64,000 nt of DNA, taken from IMG/VR virus record IMGVR_UViG_3300031938_000001, positions 1 to 64,000 of that record. One strand, 5' to 3'. Both the position numbers and the translations under genes were made by a program. Origin of the DNA: a virus. Its lineage: Duplodnaviria > Caudoviricetes. This document shows positions 28,231 to 37,798 of the stretch, one piece after another. Under the pieces are notes generated by a model. That model searched no databases and was not told the origin of the DNA. It saw nothing but the letters and a program-made list of their open reading frames with translations. Numbering within the stretch: position 1 is the stretch's first letter; each line of letters opens with the position of its first letter.

Positions 28231-28770
28231 ATGAGCATTTCCCCAGAGGCTGTTGCCTCAGCAGAGTCCGCAATGCGCGAGGCTGGCGTTCCCACCCACG
28301 AGCGGGTGGCCGACGACTACTTCGGGTTTGAGGAGACGCACCGCGTCGCCCTCCCCGATGGCGTCTCGTTCATCGAGCACAAGACCCTCACCGAGGGTCA
28401 GCGGCGGAACTACCTCAACGGCATGAACCGCGATGTCGTCATCCAGCGCGCGACGGGCGACGCCCGCATGCGGATGGCCCCCGGCGACGAGCGCTACAGC
28501 CTCCTCAAGACCGCCATCTCCGGATGGAACCTGCAGCGCAAGGGCGGCAAGGGCGACCTCGAGCCGGTGCAGTTCACGCCGGGCAACCTCGAGAAGTTCC
28601 TGCAGTCCGCGCCGCCCAAGATCATCGACCTCATCGACAAGGAGGTCCGCAAGGTCAACGCATGGTTGATCGAGGACATGTCGGTCGAGGACATCGAGCG
28701 CGAGATCCAGACCCTGACCGAGCTCCGCGACAAGAAGCAGGAGGAGGAGGCGGGAAACGCCTCTTCGTAG
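28231..28770 (+). CDS. Tail assembly chaperone (short form)
   Basis: Between tube and tape measure genes; CAGGAGG RBS. Confidence 0.85.
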   Translation: MSISPEAVASAESAMREAGVPTHERVADDYFGFEETHRVALPDGVSFIEHKTLTEGQRRNYLNGMNRDVVIQRATGDARMRMAPGDERYSLLKTAISGWNLQRKGGKGDLEPVQFTPGNLEKFLQSAPPKIIDLIDKEVRKVNAWLIEDMSVEDIEREIQTLTELRDKKQEEEAGNASS

Positions 28771-29039
28771 AGAAGGTCCAACACTGGCTCCGAGGGGAAC
28801 CAGTCGAGAACCTTCCGGAGAGCGTGAGGCTTTTCGCATTGTGCGAGGCGATGCGGTGGGCAGCGCTTCCCGTGGCCGGCGGCCTCTACGACCAGCGACC
28901 TGAACTCCTCGACGAGTGGCAGATCATCTTCACTGAACGACACGCCTACGAGGCGAAGAAGGCAGCGGAGGACAAGAGAAAGAGCAGCCAAGGGGCACAG
29001 CGGAGGCCCACGAGCCGAGGGGCTTCCCGAGCAAGATGA
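28752..29039 (+). CDS. Tail assembly chaperone extension reached by -1 frameshift at G GGA AAC (28752-28758)
   Basis: Slippery heptamer 3 codons before stop; -1 frame open to 29039 (LP..GGLYDQ). Confidence 0.85.
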   Translation, partial: GKRLFVEKVQHWLRGEPVENLPESVRLFALCEAMRWAALPVAGGLYDQRPELLDEWQIIFTERHAYEAKKAAEDKRKSSQGAQRRPTSRGASRAR

Positions 29040-32000
29040 ACTCTGTGATGCGGATTCAGGTCCGTGTGATCAACGGAGCATCTCCTGAGATCAAGCAGAT
29101 CCAGGCTGCGCTGACTCAACTCGCTCGTAGCACGGCCGCCGCGCAGGCGATGATGTCCAAGCAGGCATCCTCCAGCGCGGCGGCCATGTCTACGCTCACC
29201 GGCAAGACCGCTGCGGCTGCGGCGGCCCAGCGCTCGTTCGCTCGGCATCTCTCGCTGAGCAACCTCGAGAAGTACGGCAAGAACCTCCAGTGGACCGGTC
29301 GGCAGATTGAGTTCAACTTCACGCTGCCGCTGGCGATAGCCGGAGCCGCCGCCTTCAAGTGGGCGATGGACAATCAGCGGGCCTTCACTCAGGTCCGCAA
29401 GGTCTATGGCGACACCTCCGCATCTCAGCAGTTCTGGATGCGGCAGGGAATGACTGCCAATCAGGCACAGGCGCAGACGACTGCCGTCTTCAATGCCGAA
29501 CTGCAGGCTCTCGAGCGCACCTTCCAAGCGCTCTCCAACGCCTATGGCGTGAACCTCGCCGAGGTCAACCAGATCGCTGGCGAATGGGCCGCCGCCGGAG
29601 CATCCGGGCGGGCGCTCGCCGAGAGCGTCAAGTTGACCATGGAAGCCATGATCCTCGGCGACATGGACGCCGCCAAGGCAACCGAGTCGCTGATCGCGAT
29701 TCAGGCACAGTACGGTGCCGACACCAAGCAGTTGATCGACATCCTTGGTGCGCTCAACGCCGTGGAGAACCAGACCGGCGCGACCATGAGCGGCCTCATC
29801 GACGCCTTCGCCCGGTCCGCTGGCGCCGCGCGCACGGCCGGGGTGGACTACCGCCACCTCGCGGCCATGATCGCCGCGCTGACGCCCGCGTCCGGCTCGG
29901 CGACCAACGCCGGTAACGCGCTCAAGACCATCCTGTCGCGCATCCTCGCGCCCACCAAGGATGCCTCCGACCTCATGAACAAGTTGGGGCTCAACACCAA
30001 GAGCGCCGCATGGGCCTCGAAGAACGGCACCGAGCGCCTCACGGATCTCGCGAAGGCGTTCTCGCACCTCACCGCTCAGCAGAAGGCCAACGTCAGCGCC
30101 TATGTGGCGAGCCGCTATCAGGTCAACCGCTTCGACGTGCTCATGCGCGAACTCATCTCGTCGAACGGCTACTACGCCAAGGCCCTCGACGCGACCTCCT
30201 CCAAGGAGAAGATCGCGGCGCAGTATCAGCGAGAGCTCTCGACGGTCCTTCAGTCGAACCCGAAGCGGTACGACATCCTGAAGAACACCATCAAGAACAT
30301 GATGACGGATGCCATCATCCCGTTCATCCCCGCGATCCTCGCGATCATGCAGAGCATCATCGGCCTCGGCAAGGCGTTCGGGAACCTCGACCCGCGTCTG
30401 CAGAAGGTGCTCGTCGGCGCGCTCGTGGGCGTCGCCGTGTTCGGCACCCTGACCCGAATCCTCGGCGCCTCGATCCTGCTGTTCACCCGCCTCGCGGCCA
30501 CGCTCGGCTTCGTCGCCCGCATGGCGACCGGGCTGGTCACCTTCAAGTGGCTCGGCGCCCTGTTCGCCGACTTCGGCAAGATCACCAACCGGGTGTTCGG
30601 AGCCGGTGGCGCCACGAAGGTGCTGGTCGGGTTCGTCAGGACGGTCGAGTGGGTCGCCCTGATGTCGCTCAAGAACTTCAACTTCATGGTGACCGGCGTT
30701 CTCATGGGCCTGCAGGGGCTCACGAAGGGCATCGTCGCCACCGTCCGCGCGTGGCCGCTGATCATGGCCGGACTGCGGACCATCCCCGCCACCATCGCGG
30801 TCGTCTTTGGCACCATCGTCCCGATCATCACGGCGGCGCTGGGTCGAGCACTCCTCGTCACGCAGTTCTTCTTCATGTACCAGATCCCCGCCGCCATCGC
30901 GCGGGCCGGGGCTGCCGTGTCGGCCGCCGCCACCCGGTTCGTCATGGTGCCGCTGTCCATCGCCTTCATGCGCGGGTTCTCGTTCATCCTGAAGGACCTC
31001 ACCTTCATCATGTTCTCGACGATCCCTGCGGTGATCGTCCGTGGACTGGTGGCGGCGCAGGTCGCGGCGATGAGGGCGATGGCAGTCATGGCGGCTGCGT
31101 GGCGCACTGCCGTCGCTGCGCTGGCCGCCGCGTGGACCATGTTCCCCATCGTTGCCGGGGCGGCCATGGCGGCCACCGTGCGCGTCGTGCGGCTCGGCAT
31201 GGCGACGATCACCCTGTTCATGTCCGGCGGTGGCCTCCTGCGCGTCTGGAAGGTCCTGTGGGGCGCGCTGGCGCTCATTGCCTCCGGTGGCATCAAGGCT
31301 CTCGCCCGCATGGCGATCCGAGCCGTCCCGATCCTGTTCGGCCCGTGGGGCATCGCCGCCGCTGCGGCCGTCGCGATCTTCTTCGCATTCCGCGACCAGA
31401 TCATGAGTGCGCTGCGGAGCGCGATCAACGGCATGGGGAGCCTCCCGGCCGCCATCGCCTCGATCTTCCGTGGCGTGATCCGAGTGATCGCCAAGGCCAT
31501 CGAGATCATCCGAGACCTGCTCTCCTACCTCAACCCCTTCCAGCGCCACAGCCCCTCGCTAGTGGACAACGTGAAGGCTGGCGTCGCAGTCATCGCGGCC
31601 GAGTACGCGAAGTTGCGCAGCATCGGCTCAATCTTCTCGGGCTCGGTCAAGGCTCTGAACGACTTCGGCAAGGCGACCGCTCGGGCGCAGGCCGCCATCG
31701 ACGCGGCCAAGAACGCCGAGCAGCGCGCCAGTGTCGTCGCTGCGGCTGGGGCTGGCGCGGGCCGGGCCTACGACGCCGTGGTGGCGTCGATGAAGCAGGT
31801 CAAGACTGCCATGGCCGCAGTGACCGTCGAGTACTCCCGCCAGCAGGGAGTCGTGTCCGGCCTCGCCGTGCAGTTGAGTGCGGCCAACGCGGAGCTCGAC
31901 AAGCAGCAGAACCTTCTCAAGGGCCTGCAGTCGGTCGCCGATGACTACCAGCAGCAACTGCAGGACGCTCAGGACGCTCTCAGCGCCTACGCCAACGCCC

Positions 32001-34684
32001 CGCTCAAGGGCGAGAAGGCGATGAACCAAGCGATCCTCGACAACACCGTCGCGCAGAAGCGCCTGCAACTGCAGATGATGGGCATCGAGGATGTCACCGG
32101 GCCGATTGACGATGTGCGCAACCGCCTCGCCATGATGCAGGGTGAGATCGAGACGCTCCGTGGCACGCAGGCCGACCTGCGCTCGGCCGGTGGCGGCTCG
32201 GAGATCCTCGGCGTCTACGACGACCAGATCAAGGCGATCCAGAAGCAGCAGGGTGCCGTCACCGATCAGGTCAAGCAGTATGACGCGCTCTCGAGTCAAC
32301 TCGACGACCTCGACCGCAAGGCTCAGCGCCTCGACCTCGAGAAGTACCTGAACTTCGACAGCGTGCACGACCAGATCGAACTCACCATCGACAGCACCAA
32401 GGAGTTGACCTCCTCCGAGATCCTCGCTGGGATCGCGAAGCAGGGCGCCGAGGTCAACCGGCTGCAGGCGGCCTACAACGACGCGGCGGCGGCCGTGGAT
32501 CGCCAGCAGCGCGCCGTGGATGCCGCGCAGGCGAAGGCCGACCTGATCCAAGCGGCGTACGACAAGGAGAAGGCGTCGCTCGACGCGCTCGGCGACGCCT
32601 ACGACGCGCTCTCGTCCCAGTATGACGAGATGGAGCGCTCGCTCGCCTCGTTCGCACAGACCGCCGACTCTGCGATGCAGAAGATGAAGGCGGCCAAGGG
32701 CGCGGCGGCTGGCGGCGGCTCGTCGCCCGCGCTCGATGCATTCAACGCTGGCGGCGCTGGCGACTTCGCAGACGCCGGGCTGGGCGGCGGGCTGCCGGTC
32801 CGCTCCGACTGGTCCTCGCAGGTCGGCGACATCAACGCGCTGACCGACCAGATCATGAAGGACGCCCAGAAGTCGTTCTCCGACCTCGACCCGTTCAAGG
32901 GCCTCAAGGACGGGTGGAACAAGGCGTGGGCATGGGTCGAGACCAACGTCGGGCCGACGGCCAAGCGCGTGTGGGGCTCGATCAAGACCGCGTTCACCTC
33001 CGAGGGCGGCATCTTCGATACGGTCAAGGCGTCCGCTAAGACCGCGTGGGACGCCATCAAGAAGGGCGCATCGACGGTCGGCGGCTGGCTCAAGTCGTTC
33101 TGGAACCTCATCGGCCCGAGCGTCGTGAAGATCTGGGAGGCCATTCAGGACTTCGGGCGTCGCCTCGTCGAGGACCTCGGCCCGAAGTTGGGCGAACTGT
33201 TCGGCACCCTCAAGCCGCTGTTCGACTCGCTGTGGCCCGCCATCAAGCTGCTCGCCGGGATCATCGGCGGCGCACTCCTTCTCGCCATCAGCGTCATCGC
33301 CTCCGTCATTGCCAACGTTCTCGGCCCCGTCTTCAACATGATCGTGGACGTGATCGGCGGCGTCATCGACATGTTCTCCGGCCTCATCACGTTCCTCACG
33401 GGCGTGTTCACCGGGGACTTCGGGATGATGTGGGAAGGCATCAAGGGCATCCTGCAGGGTGCTTGGGATGCCATCTGGGGCATCATCAACGGGGCCGGGC
33501 AGATCATCTGGGGCCTCGTGAAGGGCATTGTCGAGGGCATCTGGAACTTCTTCGTGTGGCTCTACGACGTGCTGGTCGGCCACAGCGTGATCCCCGACCT
33601 CATGAACGCCATCGTCGGGTGGTTCAACTGGATCATGACTCCGATTCAGGCGGTCCTCGATTGGCTGGGCGCCGCGTGGGGCTGGGTCAAGGACAAGTGG
33701 AACGCGGGCTGGGAGGCCGTCAAGGCATGGTTCGACGGTGCGTGGACTGGCCTCAAGGGCAAGTTCAACGATGCACTCAACTGGGTCAAGGACATCTTCG
33801 GCGGCGCCATCGACAAGGTGAAGGCCGCGTGGAACACCTCGTGGTCGGCCATCACCGGGGTCGTCTCGACCGGCTGGACCAACACCAAGGCCAAGTTGAG
33901 CGACGCATGGACGTGGGTCACCGGCACCTTCAAGAACCTGTTCAACAGCCCGAAGGATACCTTCAGCACCGTCTGGGCGTCGATCAAGAACGTCATCAGC
34001 GACAACTGGAACAAGTACATCAAGCCCGTCCTCGACGCCTTCCAGAAGGCTGGCGGCAAGGTCAAGGATGCGTTCTCCGGGGCGACCAAGAGCATCGCGG
34101 ACGTGTGGGGTGGTATCAAGCGCACGGTCGGCGACGCCATCGACTGGGTTATGGGCAAGATCGACGGCGCGAAGCGCGCGATCTCCGACATCAAGTCGAG
34201 CGCCTCCAGCATCGGCAGCGGCATCTTCGGTGGCTTCAACTGGAACTTCGGGTTTGCCAAGGGCGGCCAGTTGCCCGAGACGCGAGTCGGCTCCGGCTTC
34301 GTCACCAGCAGCGCGCGAGCCATCGTCGGCGAGGGCAGCAGCCAGTGGTCCGAGTTCGTGATCCCCACCGACCCGCGCTACCGCAAGCGCGCGTGGGACC
34401 TGTGGGCCGACCTCACCAGTCAACTCGGCTTCGGCGGCCTGCTCGCGACGGCCATGGCGCAGGTGCAGGCGGTTCGCCACGGCGGCATCCCGATGTTCGA
34501 GAGCGGCGGCGTCCTCAACGCCAATGCGACGGCGATGCGTGCCCAGCGTCGCGGCGAGTCGGTAGCATACGGAAACGGAGACCGTCGGGAGTTCCACTTC
34601 TACGGTGACCTTTCCTTCCCGAACATCACCAGCGGTGAGGACGCGGAGGAGTTCATCAAGAACCTCGAGAGTCTGGCAGGGTAA
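29036..34684 (+). CDS. Tape measure protein
   Basis: 1882 aa; TP901-like N-terminus, hydrophobic middle, coiled coils, Trp-periodic repeats, FAKGG/VGEG motifs. Confidence 0.95.
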   Translation: MNSVMRIQVRVINGASPEIKQIQAALTQLARSTAAAQAMMSKQASSSAAAMSTLTGKTAAAAAAQRSFARHLSLSNLEKYGKNLQWTGRQIEFNFTLPLAIAGAAAFKWAMDNQRAFTQVRKVYGDTSASQQFWMRQGMTANQAQAQTTAVFNAELQALERTFQALSNAYGVNLAEVNQIAGEWAAAGASGRALAESVKLTMEAMILGDMDAAKATESLIAIQAQYGADTKQLIDILGALNAVENQTGATMSGLIDAFARSAGAARTAGVDYRHLAAMIAALTPASGSATNAGNALKTILSRILAPTKDASDLMNKLGLNTKSAAWASKNGTERLTDLAKAFSHLTAQQKANVSAYVASRYQVNRFDVLMRELISSNGYYAKALDATSSKEKIAAQYQRELSTVLQSNPKRYDILKNTIKNMMTDAIIPFIPAILAIMQSIIGLGKAFGNLDPRLQKVLVGALVGVAVFGTLTRILGASILLFTRLAATLGFVARMATGLVTFKWLGALFADFGKITNRVFGAGGATKVLVGFVRTVEWVALMSLKNFNFMVTGVLMGLQGLTKGIVATVRAWPLIMAGLRTIPATIAVVFGTIVPIITAALGRALLVTQFFFMYQIPAAIARAGAAVSAAATRFVMVPLSIAFMRGFSFILKDLTFIMFSTIPAVIVRGLVAAQVAAMRAMAVMAAAWRTAVAALAAAWTMFPIVAGAAMAATVRVVRLGMATITLFMSGGGLLRVWKVLWGALALIASGGIKALARMAIRAVPILFGPWGIAAAAAVAIFFAFRDQIMSALRSAINGMGSLPAAIASIFRGVIRVIAKAIEIIRDLLSYLNPFQRHSPSLVDNVKAGVAVIAAEYAKLRSIGSIFSGSVKALNDFGKATARAQAAIDAAKNAEQRASVVAAAGAGAGRAYDAVVASMKQVKTAMAAVTVEYSRQQGVVSGLAVQLSAANAELDKQQNLLKGLQSVADDYQQQLQDAQDALSAYANAPLKGEKAMNQAILDNTVAQKRLQLQMMGIEDVTGPIDDVRNRLAMMQGEIETLRGTQADLRSAGGGSEILGVYDDQIKAIQKQQGAVTDQVKQYDALSSQLDDLDRKAQRLDLEKYLNFDSVHDQIELTIDSTKELTSSEILAGIAKQGAEVNRLQAAYNDAAAAVDRQQRAVDAAQAKADLIQAAYDKEKASLDALGDAYDALSSQYDEMERSLASFAQTADSAMQKMKAAKGAAAGGGSSPALDAFNAGGAGDFADAGLGGGLPVRSDWSSQVGDINALTDQIMKDAQKSFSDLDPFKGLKDGWNKAWAWVETNVGPTAKRVWGSIKTAFTSEGGIFDTVKASAKTAWDAIKKGASTVGGWLKSFWNLIGPSVVKIWEAIQDFGRRLVEDLGPKLGELFGTLKPLFDSLWPAIKLLAGIIGGALLLAISVIASVIANVLGPVFNMIVDVIGGVIDMFSGLITFLTGVFTGDFGMMWEGIKGILQGAWDAIWGIINGAGQIIWGLVKGIVEGIWNFFVWLYDVLVGHSVIPDLMNAIVGWFNWIMTPIQAVLDWLGAAWGWVKDKWNAGWEAVKAWFDGAWTGLKGKFNDALNWVKDIFGGAIDKVKAAWNTSWSAITGVVSTGWTNTKAKLSDAWTWVTGTFKNLFNSPKDTFSTVWASIKNVISDNWNKYIKPVLDAFQKAGGKVKDAFSGATKSIADVWGGIKRTVGDAIDWVMGKIDGAKRAISDIKSSASSIGSGIFGGFNWNFGFAKGGQLPETRVGSGFVTSSARAIVGEGSSQWSEFVIPTDPRYRKRAWDLWADLTSQLGFGGLLATAMAQVQAVRHGGIPMFESGGVLNANATAMRAQRRGESVAYGNGDRREFHFYGDLSFPNITSGEDAEEFIKNLESLAG

Positions 34685-34687
34685 CAG

Positions 34688-35089
34688 ATGAGTACCAAGA
34701 TCAACTACGACGGCCTCGCGACGATCGTCGAGCGCGCGGTCGGCGTGCGCCCCGGCGCCGAGGAACTGGCGCGGCTCGTGAATGAGTACGACTGGAATGC
34801 CGACCGCGCCGAGGTGCGCGCCCGGTTCGACTTCGAGCCGTGGGATCACGGCGACATCAACGGGGTCACCCCCGAGGAGGCCGGGATCGAGATCGCCGGC
34901 GAGGCGTACTGGATCCTGGTTGACGGCGAGAAGCAGGTCTTCCAGCCTCACCCTCCGGACTTCGCAAACGACACCATCATCGAGCCGAACGAGATCGAGG
35001 GCTACGCGACGGCTCAGATCGACGCCATGGTCGAGCCCATCATCCAGTCGCGCTTCGTGGAGTCTCTGATCGCTAGGTATCGGGCATGA
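34688..35089 (+). CDS. Acidic hypothetical protein
   Basis: Tightly coupled between tape measure and first minor tail gene. Confidence 0.7.
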   Translation: MSTKINYDGLATIVERAVGVRPGAEELARLVNEYDWNADRAEVRARFDFEPWDHGDINGVTPEEAGIEIAGEAYWILVDGEKQVFQPHPPDFANDTIIEPNEIEGYATAQIDAMVEPIIQSRFVESLIARYRA

Positions 35090-37797
35090 GTTGGTCCACC
35101 GGGGCCTCCAACCCCATCACCCTCGACAACACCAACGCCGACACCCCGGCCAACACCCGCAATGGCGCGGTGACCACGGCCGCGTGCGGGGATGGCGTCT
35201 CGAAGGCGTGGTACTTCTTCGTCAACGACACCAGCGGGGCCGGTGGCGAGGGGTGGAGCACCCTCGACCCGAAGTACTTTTACCTCTACGACGCCACGGC
35301 GAACACGTGGACGGCCAAGACGACCTACCCCAACTACCACTTTGGGCCGCCCTCGTTCGTCTACTGCAGCGGCAAGGTCTACTCCATCGGCGGCACGGAC
35401 TTCGTGAGTTTCAGCACCGTCCCGGCGTACGAGTGTGCCGTGTATGACCCTGTGGCGAACACGTGGACGGCCAAGGCCGCGATCCCGGCTGGCGCCAGTT
35501 TCGTGCGCGCCTACTGCAGCGTCGGCACGGACATCTACATGCTCGACTCGGCGGCGGCCCTGTGGAAGTACTCGACCACCGGCAACACGTGGTCGCAGGT
35601 CTCGACGCTGCCGTCAGCCATCACGAGCGACTCGAACTGGGCCTTCAATCTCTCTGAGAAGATGATCACGTACAGCGGAAAGTTGTACCTGTTCCTCAAG
35701 GATGGAAAGGTCTGGGAGTTCAACCCGACGGGCTCCGTGTGGACGGAGAAGCAGACGGCAAGCAGCGTCTACAGCAACTACTCCGGCTGGGATCGGTTCT
35801 ACGCTATCTCCGGAACGGCATACGCGGTCCAGATCGGCGCCCCGTCCTCCTTCTACCAGAGTTCGTCCTACAGTACGTACTGGGCCTACGACATGGCGAA
35901 CAACCTGCGCGCCGACTCCACCGACTTCGTGATTACGGCCGCGACCGCGATGCAGGCCATCTGGGATGCAATCACGGCAGCAGGCAAGATTGCCGCAGCG
36001 GTGAACATCGGCGCCGAGATTGGCACGAAGGTCGCATTCTTCCACGCCATCCTCTCTGCCGACAAGACGACCGTGCTCGGCGACACCTACATCTTCGACT
36101 CCACGATCACCACACCGACGACCGTCACCCCGGCGGCCGGAGCGACGATCAACACCGACATTCCAGTCGTTGCGGCGAGCGCCGTCCAGAACGGCGCCGA
36201 CAAGAAGACGACTCAGTGGCAACTCGCCACCGATGCGGCGTTCACGCAGAACGTTCGACTCATCACCGACCGCGAACAGGTCAACCAGTTCGGCACCCTC
36301 TACTGGGCTGACAAGTACGTCTCCGCTGGCGCCGTGAACGAGCAGGTCTCCGACTCCGAGGACACCACCTTCGCCGAGGAGCTCTATCAGGGGACGTGGT
36401 ACATCCGGGCGCGCTCGGGCATCCGCCCCCGCTGGTCGGCGTGGACTGCCGCGACGACCTTCACGGTCACCCACCCCCCGGCAGCCTCCCCGACCGCGCC
36501 CATCGGCGACACCACGCTGGACTTCGGCGCCTCGGGCGCCGTCACCCTCCAGTGGGACTTCACCGACACCTCGCCGCGCGACGTGCAGACGGCCTACCAG
36601 ATCGTCGTGGAGCGCAACACCGACGGCACGGTCCTGCTCGACACCGGCAAGGTCGCCAGCCAGACCACCCGGCAGCGCGCGTGGAACCTTCCCTCCGCCA
36701 ACAGGGACGAGATCATCCGCTGGAAGATCCGGGCGTGGGACTCCGACGACATCGCGGGCGCCTACTCCTCGTACGCGCTGTTCCGCATGTCAGACAAGCC
36801 GACCGTCACCATCACGGCGCCCGCTGACGGCGCTGCGCTCTCGGTGGGCGACCCGACCGTCACGTGGACGTTCGCGGCCTCCGCTGGGCGCACACAAGCC
36901 TCCTACCGCGTTCGGTTCTACGCGGTCCCCGGTGGGGCGCTCGTGCACGACAGCGGCGCTCTGGCGGGCTCCACGGGCTCGTACACGCCTTCCTCGCAGG
37001 TGCTCGACGTGGGCTCCTACACCGTCACCGTCGATTCCACCGACAGTCGGGGGCTCACTGGGACGGACAGCAATGCGTTCTCGACCTCGTACAACGCGCC
37101 CAACTCCCCGATCTTCACCGTGGACTCGAGTGCGTATGCCGACTCGGGCTACATCGCGCTCCACTGGAATGACTCAGTGAGGGATGACTCCTTCTACTCC
37201 TACCGGGTCTACCGCCGAGAGCTCGGCCAGTCCGACGCCGACTGGAAGATGATCGCCGAGTTCACCACCCCGGCTGGCGCCTACGACTACAACGACTACT
37301 CGGCTGGCTCGGGCGTCACCTACGAGTACGTCGTCGTGCAGGCGGCATACCGCTTCTCGTCGGTGATCGAGTCTTCGAAGGTGATCCCCGGCACGCTCAC
37401 CGCCGTCGGCACCACCGACCAGTACTGGCTGGTGCACCCCACCGACTCGAGCCTCAACGTCCTTCTCCGCAGCGTCAAGACGGAATCGTTCAAGGACGAG
37501 TACGAGTCGGAGGTCATGCAGGTCATCGGCCGGGGCCGCCACACGGATCGTGGCACCCGCTGGGGCTACTCCGGTTCGCTGACCGCCTCGATTCGGACGC
37601 TGCCGGACGGCACCACCGCTCGCGAGCAGCGCCTCCGCCTCGAGATGATCGCGGCCGACGGCTCCGAGGTCGCCTACCGCAACCCCTTCGGGGACGTGTG
37701 GACGGTCCAGATCTCCGATCCCGAGTTCGGCCGGGTCGCTGGCGTGGGAACGTCCGAGTTCCTCGACGTGTCGTTCACCTATCAGGAGGTGATGTGA
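35086..37797 (+). CDS. Minor tail protein: Kelch repeats, Ig/FN3-like domains, Dit-like C-terminus
   Basis: YDATANTW, KVYSIGG, YDPVANTW repeats; YQIVV/WKIRAWD; GVTYEYVV; YRNPFG. Confidence 0.8.
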   Translation: MSWSTGASNPITLDNTNADTPANTRNGAVTTAACGDGVSKAWYFFVNDTSGAGGEGWSTLDPKYFYLYDATANTWTAKTTYPNYHFGPPSFVYCSGKVYSIGGTDFVSFSTVPAYECAVYDPVANTWTAKAAIPAGASFVRAYCSVGTDIYMLDSAAALWKYSTTGNTWSQVSTLPSAITSDSNWAFNLSEKMITYSGKLYLFLKDGKVWEFNPTGSVWTEKQTASSVYSNYSGWDRFYAISGTAYAVQIGAPSSFYQSSSYSTYWAYDMANNLRADSTDFVITAATAMQAIWDAITAAGKIAAAVNIGAEIGTKVAFFHAILSADKTTVLGDTYIFDSTITTPTTVTPAAGATINTDIPVVAASAVQNGADKKTTQWQLATDAAFTQNVRLITDREQVNQFGTLYWADKYVSAGAVNEQVSDSEDTTFAEELYQGTWYIRARSGIRPRWSAWTAATTFTVTHPPAASPTAPIGDTTLDFGASGAVTLQWDFTDTSPRDVQTAYQIVVERNTDGTVLLDTGKVASQTTRQRAWNLPSANRDEIIRWKIRAWDSDDIAGAYSSYALFRMSDKPTVTITAPADGAALSVGDPTVTWTFAASAGRTQASYRVRFYAVPGGALVHDSGALAGSTGSYTPSSQVLDVGSYTVTVDSTDSRGLTGTDSNAFSTSYNAPNSPIFTVDSSAYADSGYIALHWNDSVRDDSFYSYRVYRRELGQSDADWKMIAEFTTPAGAYDYNDYSAGSGVTYEYVVVQAAYRFSSVIESSKVIPGTLTAVGTTDQYWLVHPTDSSLNVLLRSVKTESFKDEYESEVMQVIGRGRHTDRGTRWGYSGSLTASIRTLPDGTTAREQRLRLEMIAADGSEVAYRNPFGDVWTVQISDPEFGRVAGVGTSEFLDVSFTYQEVM

Positions 37798-37798
37798 G

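Noticed and set aside
31628-34951. Very long antisense ORFs (also 21637-24414, 28946-31549, 353-2134)
   Set aside because: Shadow frames of high-GC coding genes; no motifs or RBS
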